A DNA stretch of 64,000 nucleotides from Hyaloraphidium curvatum SAG 235-1. Taxonomy: Eukaryota > Fungi > Monoblepharomycota. The notes under the pieces were generated by a model. It worked only from the letters and a program-made list of their open reading frames with translations. It did not search any database and had not been told where the DNA came from. The position numbers and the translations under genes are program-made. The first letter of the stretch is position 1; each line of letters starts with the position of its first letter. Below are positions 1 to 11,521 of this stretch, one piece after another. The stretch lies in NCBI GenBank assembly GCA_025558095.1, contig JAIVFI010000037.1, positions 372,001-436,000 on the forward strand, written 5' to 3'.

Positions 1-249
1 GTCGCTGGCCTTGTGCGCCGACACCGGGGAGACGTCGATGTCGCCGGCGGGCAGGTCAGCGGCGGTCGAGGCGACCTCTGTCTCGGAGAAGGTCGAGGCG
101 TTGTCGGGGTGAGTGTTGTGGGCCGAATAAACGGTTTCGCTGTAGACCGAGCCGCGCCGGCGGGGCTCGGCGGGGCCCGCCGACGGCGCATACGGCGGCT
201 TCAGCAGCGGCGGCGCGGCGGCGGGGGGCAGCGCGGCCGGGGGCGGCAT
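1..249 (-). CDS. 5' part of an unknown protein, running off the window (MPPPAALPPAAAPPLLKPPYAPS...SVYSETVYSAHN...)
   Basis: ATG at 249 opens an uninterrupted GC3-rich frame to the window edge; this frame is not in the ORF track. Confidence 0.6.
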   Translation of the reverse strand, partial: MPPPAALPPAAAPPLLKPPYAPSAGPAEPRRRGSVYSETVYSAHNTHPDNASTFSETEVASTAADLPAGDIDVSPVSAHKASD

Positions 250-1242
250 GTTGGGGCGGCACGTGCGCGCGCGGCGTGCGGAGTTTGCGGGCCGCGGCGG
301 CGCGGCGGCGGGGCGGTCGCGCGCGGGGAGGTCTGCCGGGGCGGCGGCCGGGCCCTGCGGTGGCGGCGGAGGGCGCACGGAGCCGGGGGGGCCGGAGATC
401 CGGGGCGGGGATACTGTGTTGACGTCGAGGGCGCGTGCTGTATTGAACCGCCGCCCTGTGACTCGATGGAATGAAACGACCTGCTACGGCAGATCCAAGC
501 AAAGACTGGCCGCTGAGGTGCCTTTCTACCTGCTTGGCTCGGGAGACAGGAAGGAATGGCGCTTGGCTTGCCCTGGGGCCGCCGTCGTGTGCCTGGCCTC
601 CCAAACTGGGTCTTTCACATGTTGGGACCCGTCCAGGCACTCGTCCGAGGCTGAGCCCGTTGGCGGTCGGCAGGATACCCGTTCGGTCGATTTTGGAAAG
701 CATCCCGGCGGCCTGCATGTAGATCACGCCCGAGGATCGCCGGAACGAGCGTTTCCTCGGGATGGCGGACAGCGACCTGCTCCGAACCCTCAGTCCCTCG
801 AAACAGCCTATGGGCCCAGGTCCCAAGCGCCCCCATTCGCGACATCAAAACCACCCGGCGCGAGCCTAGCCGGATTCCCCGTAGCTCAAGCGTCTTGATC
901 CCCCGTCACTCCGTTTCGACGACGGTGTTGGGCAGGGACCGTCCACGATCTCACTCTGCAAGCGCACCGGCGCCCCCGGCCTGGCTCCGCCTGCCCGCCG
1001 CCGCCTGCACGCTTGGACCTAGACATTGGACATCGCCCTTGCCGCCCTGCCAGAGACGGCCGTGGGCAGCTGGACCGAGTGGGAGATGGTCTGGGCCCCG
1101 GCCGTTGCCGTTTGTTGTATTGCCCGTGGCTGTGTATGTCTTCCCTGTTCGCCGATAGACCGCCCTCTGCCATTTCTGCCCTCTGCCCCGTCCGCTGGCT
1201 GCGTTGAGGCTCTTTCCCCGGAGCGGAGACGTACGCCATTGC

Positions 1243-1563
1243 ATGTTGGAATCCGGGAGTGCCCGGCAAGCCGAGAAACGCCGCCAAGCGCAAGCGACCA
1301 TGGCCTTCCCGACCGACAAGGAAATCGCCGCCGAGCTTCTGAGGGCCGAGACCGCCAAGATCAGGGAGTTCAAGGGCGACCCGGTAGCTAGGGCCTTCTA
1401 TAGCCTGTTCCCGAGCCAGTTCTTGCCGGCGGAGGAATACAAGCGTTTGGCCGACTGCTACCGCCGCCAACGACTGCTACACGCGCCGCCTCCCATCGGC
1501 GACATCGAGCAAGACGCAAACGAGAACGAGCCCACGCCCAAGCCCACTCCGCAGCGCCTTTGA
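1243..1563 (+). CDS. Hypothetical protein, possibly the last exon of a longer gene
   Basis: Protein-like frame (MAFPTDKEIAAELLRAE...) with coding codon bias; no motif recognised. Confidence 0.35.
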   Translation: MLESGSARQAEKRRQAQATMAFPTDKEIAAELLRAETAKIREFKGDPVARAFYSLFPSQFLPAEEYKRLADCYRRQRLLHAPPPIGDIEQDANENEPTPKPTPQRL

Positions 1564-1576
1564 TAGAGATCTGATC

Positions 1577-2272
1577 TCACTCCACGACGGTGTTGCGCAA
1601 GGACTTCCAGACCGCCGTTTGCTGCCGCACGCCGACCGAGTTCACCGGCCTCAGCTCCCTGACAACGATCTTGGTGTGCGGGGGCCTGTTCCTCGCGCTG
1701 TCGAGCAAGCTGCGGGCAAACGAACGTCCGATAGCGGCTTCTTCCTCCTCGGGGTCTTCGTCTTCGTCGTCGGAGGATTCCATGCCCGCCAGACGCCGCA
1801 CTGAGATTTTCGGGGACAGGAGGACGAGCTCCCGCGGGAAGCATTCGGCCACGAGCTGCACGACCACGTACGGCGCCGGCTCGTTCACGACCACCAGGGG
1901 GAAGTGGGAGAGCCTGCCCAGGAGGCTGTGATGGTAGTGCGTCTGGTTGGGGTGTGACATCGAGACGCGCTCCACCGTCGCAAGCATGGGAGAGGCGAAA
2001 TCGATCAGGTGCGCGGAGGACCCTTCCAGGTGGAGCTCCCGGAACGGCGGTGCGCCGGCGGCCCGCGAAGTAAGGAGCCTCTGGACTGCGAGGTAGTTCG
2101 TTTCCGTGACCTCCAGGGTCCCGTCGTGGAGCAGCGGCCGGGCGAAGTGCCAGGCCCGGCGGCAAGCCAGACCCGTCGCAAGCAGGGTCCACCGCCAGCG
2201 ATGCCCGGCGAGGAGCTCCATAATGATGATGAGGATCTCGTCGAGGAGCAGGGGGGAGGCGGGAGCTTCCAT
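1577..2272 (-). CDS. F-box-like protein
   Basis: N-terminal LLLDEILIIIMELL...LLATGLACRRAWHFARPLL pattern resembles a divergent F-box; intronless ORF with an acidic tract. Confidence 0.6.
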   Translation of the reverse strand: MEAPASPLLLDEILIIIMELLAGHRWRWTLLATGLACRRAWHFARPLLHDGTLEVTETNYLAVQRLLTSRAAGAPPFRELHLEGSSAHLIDFASPMLATVERVSMSHPNQTHYHHSLLGRLSHFPLVVVNEPAPYVVVQLVAECFPRELVLLSPKISVRRLAGMESSDDEDEDPEEEEAAIGRSFARSLLDSARNRPPHTKIVVRELRPVNSVGVRQQTAVWKSLRNTVVE

Positions 2273-2694
2273 CGTGTTAGTGGGCGGCCGGGAATGGGGC
2301 GATTCTGACCGATGACTGGGCGTCGGGCTTCGCAGGAACATGCAACTCAACAGAGAGAGAAACACACGGTCTTCACCTCCCTCAATCTAGCAACGCAATG
2401 CAACACGAATTCCACCCAGCTAATCCGTCTCCACGACCACGGCGGGCAAAAGCCTCCAGTTTGCCGCCTGCTCCTCAACCGGCCGTGACCCCATCCACCG
2501 GCCGCAGGCCCCTGACCACGATTCCAGGCTCATTGGCCAGGCTATTTATCGCGCCCTGCATTCGAAGAAGCTTCTGTTTGGGCGCCCCGGCCCGGTGAGA
2601 GGAGGACGAGCTCCGGCGGGCGGCAATCCCGAATGAACCGTATCTCAACGCCGCGACTTCTGTTTCCTCCAATCTCCAAGACGCGGCCGTCGCG

Positions 2695-2820
2695 ATGCCC
2701 CGGCTCGCGACGAGCATCACGTTCATGTTCGCCGACCTCCCGCTCCTCCTGCGCCCCGCCGCCGCCGCGGCCGCCGGCTTCCGCGCCGTCGACATCCAGG
2801 TGCTCGACGCCGACCCGCGC
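2695..2820 (+). pseudogene. hyi: Hydroxypyruvate isomerase, N-terminal fragment (42 codons)
   Basis: MPRLATSITFMFADLPLLLRPAAAAAAGFRAVDIQ matches the Hyi start (MPRFAANLSMMFxExPxLxRxxAAAxAGFxAVE); homology stops at about 2820. Confidence 0.8.
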
Positions 2821-3046
2821 CCGCTCCGGCCGCGAACTCGGCGTTCTCGGGAACACCGTCCTCGAGCGAGGAGATTGGCGGCGGGAGCCACGGGAAGAGC
2901 GCCAGCATGTCCTCCCCGGAGAGGTGCACCGGCGCTGGCGGCCCGGGTTGCCCAGAGGTCGGCGGCGCGTCAAGATTCCCCAGAGACACGCTGTCTCCAT
3001 CCTTGGCGGTGCTCTCCGTGTTTCCATTGGCCGCGACTGCAGGCAT
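2821..3046 (-). pseudogene. N-terminal fragment of the GRL/DUF3537-like 7TM family
   Basis: EDMLALFPWLPPP matches EDELLALFPFPP (33944 gene) and EWLVLFPTPP (21238 gene); truncated at the Hyi junction. Confidence 0.6.
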
Positions 3047-3059
3047 GTCCACGAAATGC

Positions 3060-3175
3060 CGCGGCCATCCGGTACAGATCCAGAGCCAAGGTTAGATTGA
3101 CTTCTACGGCCTTGCCGTACTCGTAGCAGAGACCGAGGGCGTTCTGGCCGTGCGCGCTGCCCTGGTTGGCCGATC
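3060..3175 (-). pseudogene. Single Sel1-like repeat fragment
   Basis: RSANQGSAHGQNALGLCYEYGKAVEVNLTLALDLYRMAA is a canonical Sel1 repeat; it has no start or stop of its own. Confidence 0.75.
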
Positions 3176-3559
3176 GGTGCTCCTGGGCGCGGGGCTGATG
3201 GTCTCGAGCACGAGTGTCAACACGTACCTCGTGGATTGCTAGTGGGTTCCTTGCCGCGCCGGCGTCGTCGGAAGTAAGGGGACTGACGCCGCCGCGCGCA
3301 GCCCAAAGGCCTCGGCGTCCATCATCTCCACCAACAACCTCTTCCGCTACCTCGTCTCGGCCTCGGCGCCGATCTTCGTGCCGTACATGATCGCGGCCAT
3401 GGGCAACGGGTGGACGCAGACCTTCTTTGCCGCGCTGAACCTGCTGGGGTGGCTGGGCGTGCTGGCGGTGTGGAAGCTCGGGGGAGGTGGAGGGCGAACG
3501 CGGCGGCAAAGGCCGAGGAGAAGGCGGCGGCGAAGGCGGCGGCAGAGGGCGGCAGCTAG
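3172..3559 (+). pseudogene. MFS transporter (DHA1-like), last two exons only
   Basis: LLGAGLMVSSTSVNTYLVDCY|PKASASIISTNNLFRY...MGNGWTQT with an intron at about 3242-3301; a 1-nt shift in the G-run near 3482 restores KLGGRWRANAAAK...GS*. Confidence 0.75.
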
Positions 3560-4399
3560 AGGGTGCCCTTTTCGACCCGGCTCTGGAAACGCCATTGTAC
3601 AGGCGGATGCCATGGAACTCGATCATTCTTTCGAACGCGGCGATGCTCGGGAGCACGACGCGTGTCCAGTCATCAGGATATCAGGAAAGGGGAAGGGGCC
3701 GTTTAGACGCCCCGTCAAGAGGACGGGTGGAGGCAGGTCCATCCACCGTTCCGCCCGGCGCGGCATGAAGCTTATGCCAGGGCAAGATGCACTCTTCAAT
3801 CCGGCACCGCGAGTCGATGGTGGCCGCCGATCAGATGTTTACCGCGCTCGCGCGCTGCCCGCGTGCCGCGCGATCAGGAGCGCCTGCGACGCGTCTGCGA
3901 GGTCCGCGAACGCGTCCGACGGCCCGCCCTGCTTGGAGAAGTACGCCTCGAGCGGGATGGTCCCGTTTGCCCAGTTTTGGGGGTCCGCGTGCGGGCCGAG
4001 CGAGAGGAAGAGCGGCAGCACCTTGCAGCGCAGCGCGCGCGCGAGCCCGACGATGTGCGAGATCGAGCTCCAAAGATGTCCGTATAATAATCGCAGGCTT
4101 GTGATGGCCAATTTTGAGGCAGCGGGCGAGATGGAATGCGTACGAAGCGCACTCGGGGAGTTTGGGCACCCGCGTTCGCGCCCGTTCGCGCCCCGGGCAA
4201 CACGACGGAAGCCCACAGGGCTCCCGCTCGCACCTGCAGTCCGGTCGCCCGCGGTCGGACACCAAAACGGAAGCCGCAGCTGTTCTTTGCCGTCTTTTGC
4301 GCCAACGCGGCCGCGGCGGCGGCGCTTCCTGGTGCACTGGCACGCCGTTGAACTCTCGCGGCGCCCCTCGACTCTCAACAAATGGTGGCCTATCCCGTC

Positions 4400-5910
4400 T
4401 CCCTGACTCCAAGACCGTGCGGGGACTTATTGCCGCGCTTTTTCAGAGCTCTGGCGGAGGTATCGAAGCGCCAGACGGTGCTGCCGGCTCGGCGCCCCGC
4501 GAACACGTGGCGCTCGAGAACGGCGGAGCTCCGGCGGGCAACGTCGCCGGGGCGGGACCCAACGTCCAAGAGGCCGAAACCAGCGTCGACGATCAGCAGG
4601 GCGAGGCAGGAGGGGCCGGCGAGGCCGGCGGAGAAGCATCCGGAATGGCCACGTCATCGTAGGTGGAAGCTGTGCGTCAAACGATCATCGCGCTCATTCG
4701 CCCGTCGGACAGTGCTCCCAGCTCCGATAGGGCAGCCTTTCAGGTACTCCTTGCGCCCCGGAGCCGGTGCCTCCTCTCCGCTCACCATCGATCTCGTTTG
4801 CAGGGATATCGGGGCTTCTTCAGGGCGTTGAGACAGGACTGGGCAGCGCAGGAGCAAGCGGGCGAGCCTGCCGCGCCTCGCGGATTGGAAGCATTTATGA
4901 AGTTTGATGCGGCCTACGTTGCCGGGAAGGTGCCCAACACCAACGTCGGGACCCCTGGCGAGGAGCCCGCGCCCTGGGCCCTCGGCGTCACCGGCAAGCC
5001 CGGCAAGATCGACGACGATTGGCGAAGTCGCATCTCCTCATTTGCCATCGCAAGCGCGCCCAAAGTCGTCAAGAAGGGTTCGAAGGGCGACAAGCCGCCG
5101 TTGCCGACCAGTCTGCCCCGGCCTGCCACCGAAACGCCGATTGCGGTGAGGAGCACGGTCGGATTTCAGGTCTGCTGCAGTAGCTTACAGTCCGTACAGC
5201 AGCAACCCGCCCGGCCCGCGCTGGACCCGGAGCTCTTAGTTCGCCTCCACAGCGCCTTCGAGTCCTCGAAGGCGCTCAACACCGTGGAGGCCCCGGCTGA
5301 CGACCACCCGGACCGTTGGGCTTGGGATGCCGTCTTAGAGAAGGGCGCCAAGGACCCGACCGCCGCCGAGAAGAAGCCTGGACGGGCGGAGCTGCGACGG
5401 GCGATCTTGGATGTCGGCATCGACCCGCTGATATGCAAGATCTCCGGCAATTGGAACATCACCAAACTGCAGATCATTCTCTTCGAGCTCCTGAAGATCA
5501 TCGTGGGTTCTTGTTCGCGGTGGCGGCATGGATGCTGACGGGAGCTTGTCGCCCAGGGGCGCCCGAGCCTACCCACCGCCTCCTCCCCGATCGGCGCCAC
5601 CAGCGACACCACAATGCCCTCCGCATCCTCCCCTTCTGCTGGCTCGGCGGCGACGGGCGCGGCGGCGGGCGCGGCGGCGACGGGCGCGACGGCGGGCATG
5701 GCGGCGACGATCGGCGCGACGGCGACAGATGCGGCGATCGGCGCGGTGGCGACGGGCGCGACGGCGGGCACGACGGCGACAGGCGCGGGGGCGGGCGCGG
5801 GGATCGCCGCGGCGACGGCGCCCTCGTATGCTTCTGTTGTCGCCCCTCAGGCTTCCAACCCCTCTACTGCTGCCGTTGGTGCCCGTCTTGTGTCGGTGTC
5901 TAGCCTTTGA
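4400..5910 (+). pseudogene. Multi-exon hypothetical gene with in-frame TAG at 4660 and an Ala/Thr/Gly-rich tail
   Basis: ORFs 4114-4662 and 4663-5538 are in the same frame; intron-like segments at 4744-4803 and about 5503-5556; start uncertain. Confidence 0.4.
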
Positions 5911-7870
5911 TTGACGCGATCCTCTTTTCCTAGGGAACCATTGCCCAGACCCCGACCCGTGGAACCCGGCGAAACCAAGACTTAGCCGGCATTTCCCCGC
6001 GCACGCCTCCTGAGCAGGTTTGCGATTGGCGCGACGATTCGCTGGCCTTCCTGACGTCACCCGCAGAACGCAGTTCCCACGGCCGCGGGCAGAAAGAAGC
6101 CCGTGAGGAACCTGTTCCCGGCGGCGGACGATGGCAGCAAGTAGTTGAACACCTGTAAAGTCAGCAGTGCCCCACGGGGATTTTCATTGAACGATCGTCG
6201 CGCCACATTCGCCCAGATCGTCGCATTCACAAAGGTCCCCCGGTCTGCGCAGGTCGCAACCAGCAGTTCCTCCCGGAGAGGAACATGGCCAGCCGGCTCC
6301 GCGGACCCGGCTCCAGGTTGCAGTAGGCACCCGACGTCCGCGGAGCCCGCCGATCCCGGCGCCGTGCGCTTCCTTCTGCGACAGGCTCTGGTCCTCGCGG
6401 GTCTCGTGCTTTTCCCCATCCTACCGGTTTCACGGGTCGCACGCGGAGCATTTACGTGCGAACCGACCGCCAGTTCGTCGTTGCTCGGGAAATCCGGGGA
6501 TTTCGGATAGTTTGGCCTGGAAATCAGCGCCGCTTGCGTTGATCAATCGGTGAAGTCCCCAGGAAGGCCCTCTTCACGTCTCCTGCCCCTCAATTTCGGT
6601 TGCAGGGGATATACGGATGTTATGCTGCCCAGGAACGATGCCTTTTCTCGTGAAGCGAGCCTGTTATTGCGGAAGTTGCGCGGAAATTTCCGGCCTCCTC
6701 AGGAGCTTCAGCCATGCCCGCGGAACTCGCCGCGGCGGGGCGCCGACGCGTCCCTCCAAGCGCTGCTCGACGCGTCGCTCGCCCCGTTTGCCACCGAGGG
6801 CCGACCTGGAGCGGGAAGCGCGTGATGCCGGGCGCGCGACGGCGGACGACCCCGAGGGCGGCCGGCTGCTCGCGTGGCCGGCGTGGAGGCGGCTCGCGGC
6901 CGTGGTGCGCCGCGCGCCTAACGCGACGAGCCAGGCCGAGGCGAAAGCTCGCTCGCCGCGATCGGGGACTGCTTCGGCGCGGACCGCGGCTCGCTCTTTG
7001 AAGTCGAGGACGCAGGCCGGACATCGCTCCTCACCGTGCGGCGACTCCGGCGACCCCGTGCGTCGGTCGAGTACGCGCACGGGCTCAAGTGGACAAGGAG
7101 GAGGACGCGAGCAGGGACGCGTTCGCCGCCCTCTCGGCCGAAGTCGGGCGTGCGCCTCCCGCCACCGCGGAGAGATCGACAGGTGCTGGATGCCCGCCCT
7201 GGACCGCCGCGCGCTGCCGCTCCTCCCCGCTTCCCACCCCGCCCTCCGCTGGTCCTCCATTCCGTGCGACGACCCCCTCCCGCCCCGCCTCCCGCCGATA
7301 AGGACCGCGACGCCCCACCTGGCCTGTGGGCGCCGTGAGCCCGCCCCTCGTCGTGCCCTCCTCGTGCCCTCCTGCGGCGGCATCCAGCACTGCTCTCCCG
7401 CATGCCTGGCCGTGCTCTCCCGCTTCCACACCCCGCAGTGCTCCGCGACCTCCGCCGCCCCTCCCCTCCTCGAGGGCACCGTCCTCCTCCCGCCGCCCTC
7501 GCCCTCTCGGGCCCCTCCCGCGGCCCCGCCCAACCCGCACTGCATGCGCGCGCGTTCCCCATCAAGCTGTCCACCACCGGCACCCTCCTCCTCACCAATG
7601 CGGACAAGGGTCACAGCCGTGTCCATGTGAGCTGCGCGTCGCTTGACGGAATCGCGTCTGCCAAAGAGGCGAGACCGCGATGGACTGGTCGTGAATATAC
7701 CGTGCCAAATTCGTAAAATCCTAGTCGCTACGGATATTGCGATGCACGATCCACTGCTCCTTCGACTACCGCTGTCCGCGTGAGCCGTGCCTCGCTCAAT
7801 GGAATCAAATCTGTCGTCGAAGAAAATGAACAACGCAAGCAACGCGATGAAGAGTCGCGGATCACCGGGT

Positions 7871-8164
7871 TCACGGCCTTGAAATCAGGATCAACATCCC
7901 TCCCAAGGCGTCGGCGTCCTCGAGGGCGAGTGCAAGCTCGGGCAAGCCCATGTCGCGCAGGGCTTGCCCAAGGGTTTCCTTGCGGGCCTGGAGGCCGTGG
8001 TGTGCCTCTGGGGAAGCGTTTATTGCGTCCCGGAGGGCGCGGCGGAGGGCTTCGGGGAACTCGCCCAGATGGGCGGTGACGATGGCGTTGGCGCGGTCGG
8101 CAGCGGCGGCGGCCCCTGCCGCGTGCCCGGGCGCGGGGGCCTGGAGTTGATCGTTGTGCGCCAT
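7871..8164 (-). CDS. 97-aa stand-alone copy of an unrecognised helical domain
   Basis: MAHNDQ...DRANAIVTAHLGEFPEALRRALRDAI...ARKETLGQALRDMGLPELALALEDADALGGM aligns with 8497-8787 and with the repeats at 14540-15887. Confidence 0.7.
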   Translation of the reverse strand: MAHNDQLQAPAPGHAAGAAAAADRANAIVTAHLGEFPEALRRALRDAINASPEAHHGLQARKETLGQALRDMGLPELALALEDADALGGMLILISRP

Positions 8165-8496
8165 ATTCTTGGAAAGGATTCGAGGACGGATAGCGCGCGA
8201 ACGAGACGGGAACGCGTGCGACGGGTGACGTGTCGCCTGCTTTCTGATGGGAGCTGCCGAACGTCCCAAAATCTCCCCTAACCACCGGTGGCGGCGCGAT
8301 GGACGTCTCGTGAGGCTCATCTGTACCACGGAACTCTACTTCACTCCATCTACTGTTCGAAATCGTCATGTTTTCCTCACAGCAGTGGTCCCCGGGCGGG
8401 TGCCCTCCTCCCCCGTGCGCACCCGACCGACCGCGTCTTTCCCAGAGGTCAACGACATAGCCGATAAGATCGCCTTTAAAGCCACAGCTCACCACA

Positions 8497-8787
8497 TCAG
8501 TGCGTCTCAACGTAAGCGAGAAGCCCGCCCATAAGCCCGGCGTCCACCAGAGCCTTTGCCATGTCATCCAGCTCCAAGGCGAGCAGAACCCGGCGCAGGG
8601 CCCGCGTGCGGGCGTGGGCGTCGTTGACAGGGATGCCGGCGATGGCGTCGTGGAGGATACGGAGAAGCGTCCCGGGAAACCTGCCACCGAAGAGTGCCGC
8701 GACGATCCCTCCAGCGGCTGCGGCGGCATCCTGCACGGCCCCTGCCCCGTTCCCGGGCACAGCGGCCGGAGTCTGGATGTTGGCCAT
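8497..8787 (-). CDS. 96-aa stand-alone copy of the same domain (tandem paralog)
   Basis: GIVAALFGGRFPGTLLRILHDAIAGIP...ARTRALRRVLLALELDDMAKALVDAGLMGGL; complete ATG-to-stop ORF. Confidence 0.72.
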   Translation of the reverse strand: MANIQTPAAVPGNGAGAVQDAAAAAGGIVAALFGGRFPGTLLRILHDAIAGIPVNDAHARTRALRRVLLALELDDMAKALVDAGLMGGLLAYVETH

Positions 8788-9057
8788 CGTTTCTTCTATC
8801 AGGATTGAGGCGGTGCGGACGCGTTCACGCGTTCGTAGGGATGACGCGTCGGCGGCGTTGTGTGCTCTGGGAGCCGACTAGTATTGACTCAAACGAGCCA
8901 CCACCGGGAGAAACGACCACCTGTGGTTTCTACCCTCAACGTGCGCGCGTTGTTACGTCCCGTGCGACCTGGAGAGCACGCCGTTCCGTTGGGCGCCGTC
9001 CTAGACCTTCGTCCTTGGCGCATACAGTCCCGAGTCTCCCTCCAAACAAAGGACGCC

Positions 9058-9716
9058 ATGGTAAACGCGCAGGATTTAGCCATCGCCATCACTCACCAGT
9101 GTCCGCATCTAAGAGCGGTCAAGGGGGCACGGAAGCCGGGGGCGGACCCATTGCTGGTCCTCAAGGCCACGTGTCGCACGGAGCGGCGCATGCGGACGCT
9201 CCAGGAACACAAGCGGCCCACGGCAACGCCATTGACGCCACCGGCGGTGGGGGTGGAGCCGGACTGGATGGCCAGGCGGGAGTGGAGCCGACTACAGCCG
9301 CGGGAGGAGGAGTGGGAGCGGGGGCGGCGGGCGGGGAACATGTTGCGGACTCGTGAGGCGTTCTTGGCCTGCCATGCTTTCCGAGTCGTGCTGATCCACC
9401 GCTCCGTACGGTGTCGTCTTCAGCCAGGTGAACAGCTACAGGCTCTCGTTCCAGGTGCGTCGACAGCGCTCTCGCTGGGAGGGGCATGATTCTGACGTGT
9501 CTGGGGCTCAAGACCTTTCTCCTGTGGAAGAAGCGGGTGGAAAAGGCCGGCATCGACCTCACGGGCAGGGAGTTTTTCCATCTGTTCGACACTGCGTTCA
9601 ACGCAGGCCGCATCCCTGGCGTGAACGGAGCCCCAGCCGTCTCCGCGCCACTGACCGCCGAGGAGGCGGAATGGATCGAGGAGTGGAAAGAGAAGGTGCG
9701 AGCCCGCGGCGACTAG
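9058..9716 (+). CDS. Hypothetical multi-exon protein
   Basis: ATG at 9058; intron GTGCGT..CTGAC..AG at about 9455-9511; last exon TFLLWKKRVEKAGID...EWIEEWKEKVRARGD*. Confidence 0.4.
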
Positions 9717-10270
9717 GTGGATCGGCGGCGCAGCAGCAGAGAGAGTACCGGTGCGGCACATGTGTTGCTGATGGGGTAGAGACCATTACAAACCAAAGCT
9801 AGGGCGCCCGGCCGCAACACCTGGGGGCCAATCAACGGCCCAGCAAAGGCTTCGACGGCTGCATCTCGCCACCCGCAGCCAAGGCACATCGGTCGTCGAA
9901 GCCACCTCGGTCCTTGTAGCACGCCGGTGACGCCCCTCTGCGACGGTCCGGGCCAGGCCGGGCCTATTTCGGCTCTAGCCGCCGGACGCGCAGTTGCGTG
10001 TCGCTGCCCGCGGTCGCACGCCCTTCGGGTTGATAGGCCTTTGGTTGGGTTAGTTGCCGGGGTTGAATAGACTTAGCTTCGATGCGTTCGCTTCGGGTTG
10101 CGGAAGAATTCTCAGAAGGGGACGCCGGTCACAGAGTCTGGGTTTCCGACGGTTCGCTTTCCGAACGGAACGATGACTTCTATGAACGGTTCGAGCCCAC
10201 AGCGAGCGAACCCCCGCTCGACTACATTTCGCGCTGCTTATATTGGTCCCGGGCCGCGAGGCTGAGCGTC

Positions 10271-10322
10271 TCCGGATCTCCGGATTCTCCGGATATCCAG
10301 CCCATCTCCGGATTCTCCGGAT
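10271..10322. repeat. Cluster of five TCCGGA palindromes
   Basis: TCCGGA starts at 10271, 10279, 10288, 10307 and 10316. Confidence 0.8.
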
Positions 10323-11521
10323 TCGACACAGCTCCGCTCTATCGCCCCTCTATGACATGTCCCCGATAAGAAAATGGAACGTCGGATAGGAAAATGTTAA
10401 CCCAGGCGGCCCGTGCCGCCACACCTCCACCTCGACTTCCATGGTGCGTTCCACGCACCCACAAAGCGGAGATTCAACACGAGGCAGCAGACTGGCGTCG
10501 ACCCGTAAGCCAGAATAGTGGAGCAGGGAAGGATGTGTCTTCGGGGACGTTGAGCGGATGGCGGAGAGACGTGGGCCGTGGGTTGACGCGATCGAAGCGG
10601 CCCTGCCCTTCGCGGCCGTTCACGCCGCCTACACCGAGGCAATCGGATTCCGCGCCATCGGGCGGCCGACCGGGAAAGGCGCTCGGAGATGGCGGCGGCA
10701 CGAAGAGCGGCGCCGCGGGATCAGTGGCTCGGCAGGTCATGTCCGGGGTCGCTCGGCCCGCGTACTCGGCCGCAGACGGATCCAAAGAAAGCGGAAACGC
10801 CGAGTAGGCCGCCGCTGGTCGTCAGGAAAGTCGTTCCCGTCGGTGCCGAAACCACCAACGACGCGGGACACCGCGAGCTCAGCCAACGGACGCGGAGCGT
10901 CCGCGCCGATGCGGCGTCGCCGATCGCCACCTTGCGATGTGTGCGGTTCCGCCCGGTACCGCCGTCCTCTTTTCGAGGCTGAGAGCACGCCGTGGGGCCG
11001 GAAGAGGGACGACAGGGCCGGGTACGACTGCCGCGGGTCGGCTGCTGACCAACCCAGACAAATTCAACCTCACGAGATTGCGGTGCTCGTCACTTGAACA
11101 GGCTGAATTTCCATGATGCGACTTCGAATACCGAATACTTGCCGATTACCTTCCCGCGAATCTCAAATGCCTGATTTCGTGGAGCATCGTGACTTTGGCT
11201 TTTTCGGGACAATCGACGTTGGGTGCTCTCGCGGAGGGGCGTAAGGGATACGTCTCCCCGAGTAGACGACTCGGACGCAATTCCGTCGATGGGATAGCCA
11301 GAAGAGGCCGGAGACCATCCCGATGGTCCGCGATGACGCCGCGGCGATGCGGGATTCGAGGGCAACCAGCGGGCGATGTGATACCCGGCGCCGGGGGAAG
11401 ACGCGGCTCAATCGACGGGTACCGTTCAACTCCAGCGACTGCCAAATTCTGGGATCTTACCGTTGTGATCCGGCGGGTATCGGCGCGATGGTTTGAAATC
11501 GAAGGGGGGGCGTGCAACACC

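Noticed and set aside
5640-5820. GCGACGGGCGCG-type minisatellite
   Set aside because: Explained as a low-complexity Ala/Thr/Gly coding tract.
6057-7700. Genes in the island between 6.0 and 7.7 kb
   Set aside because: Short coding-like patches in shifting frames; probably more fragments, but no family could be supported.
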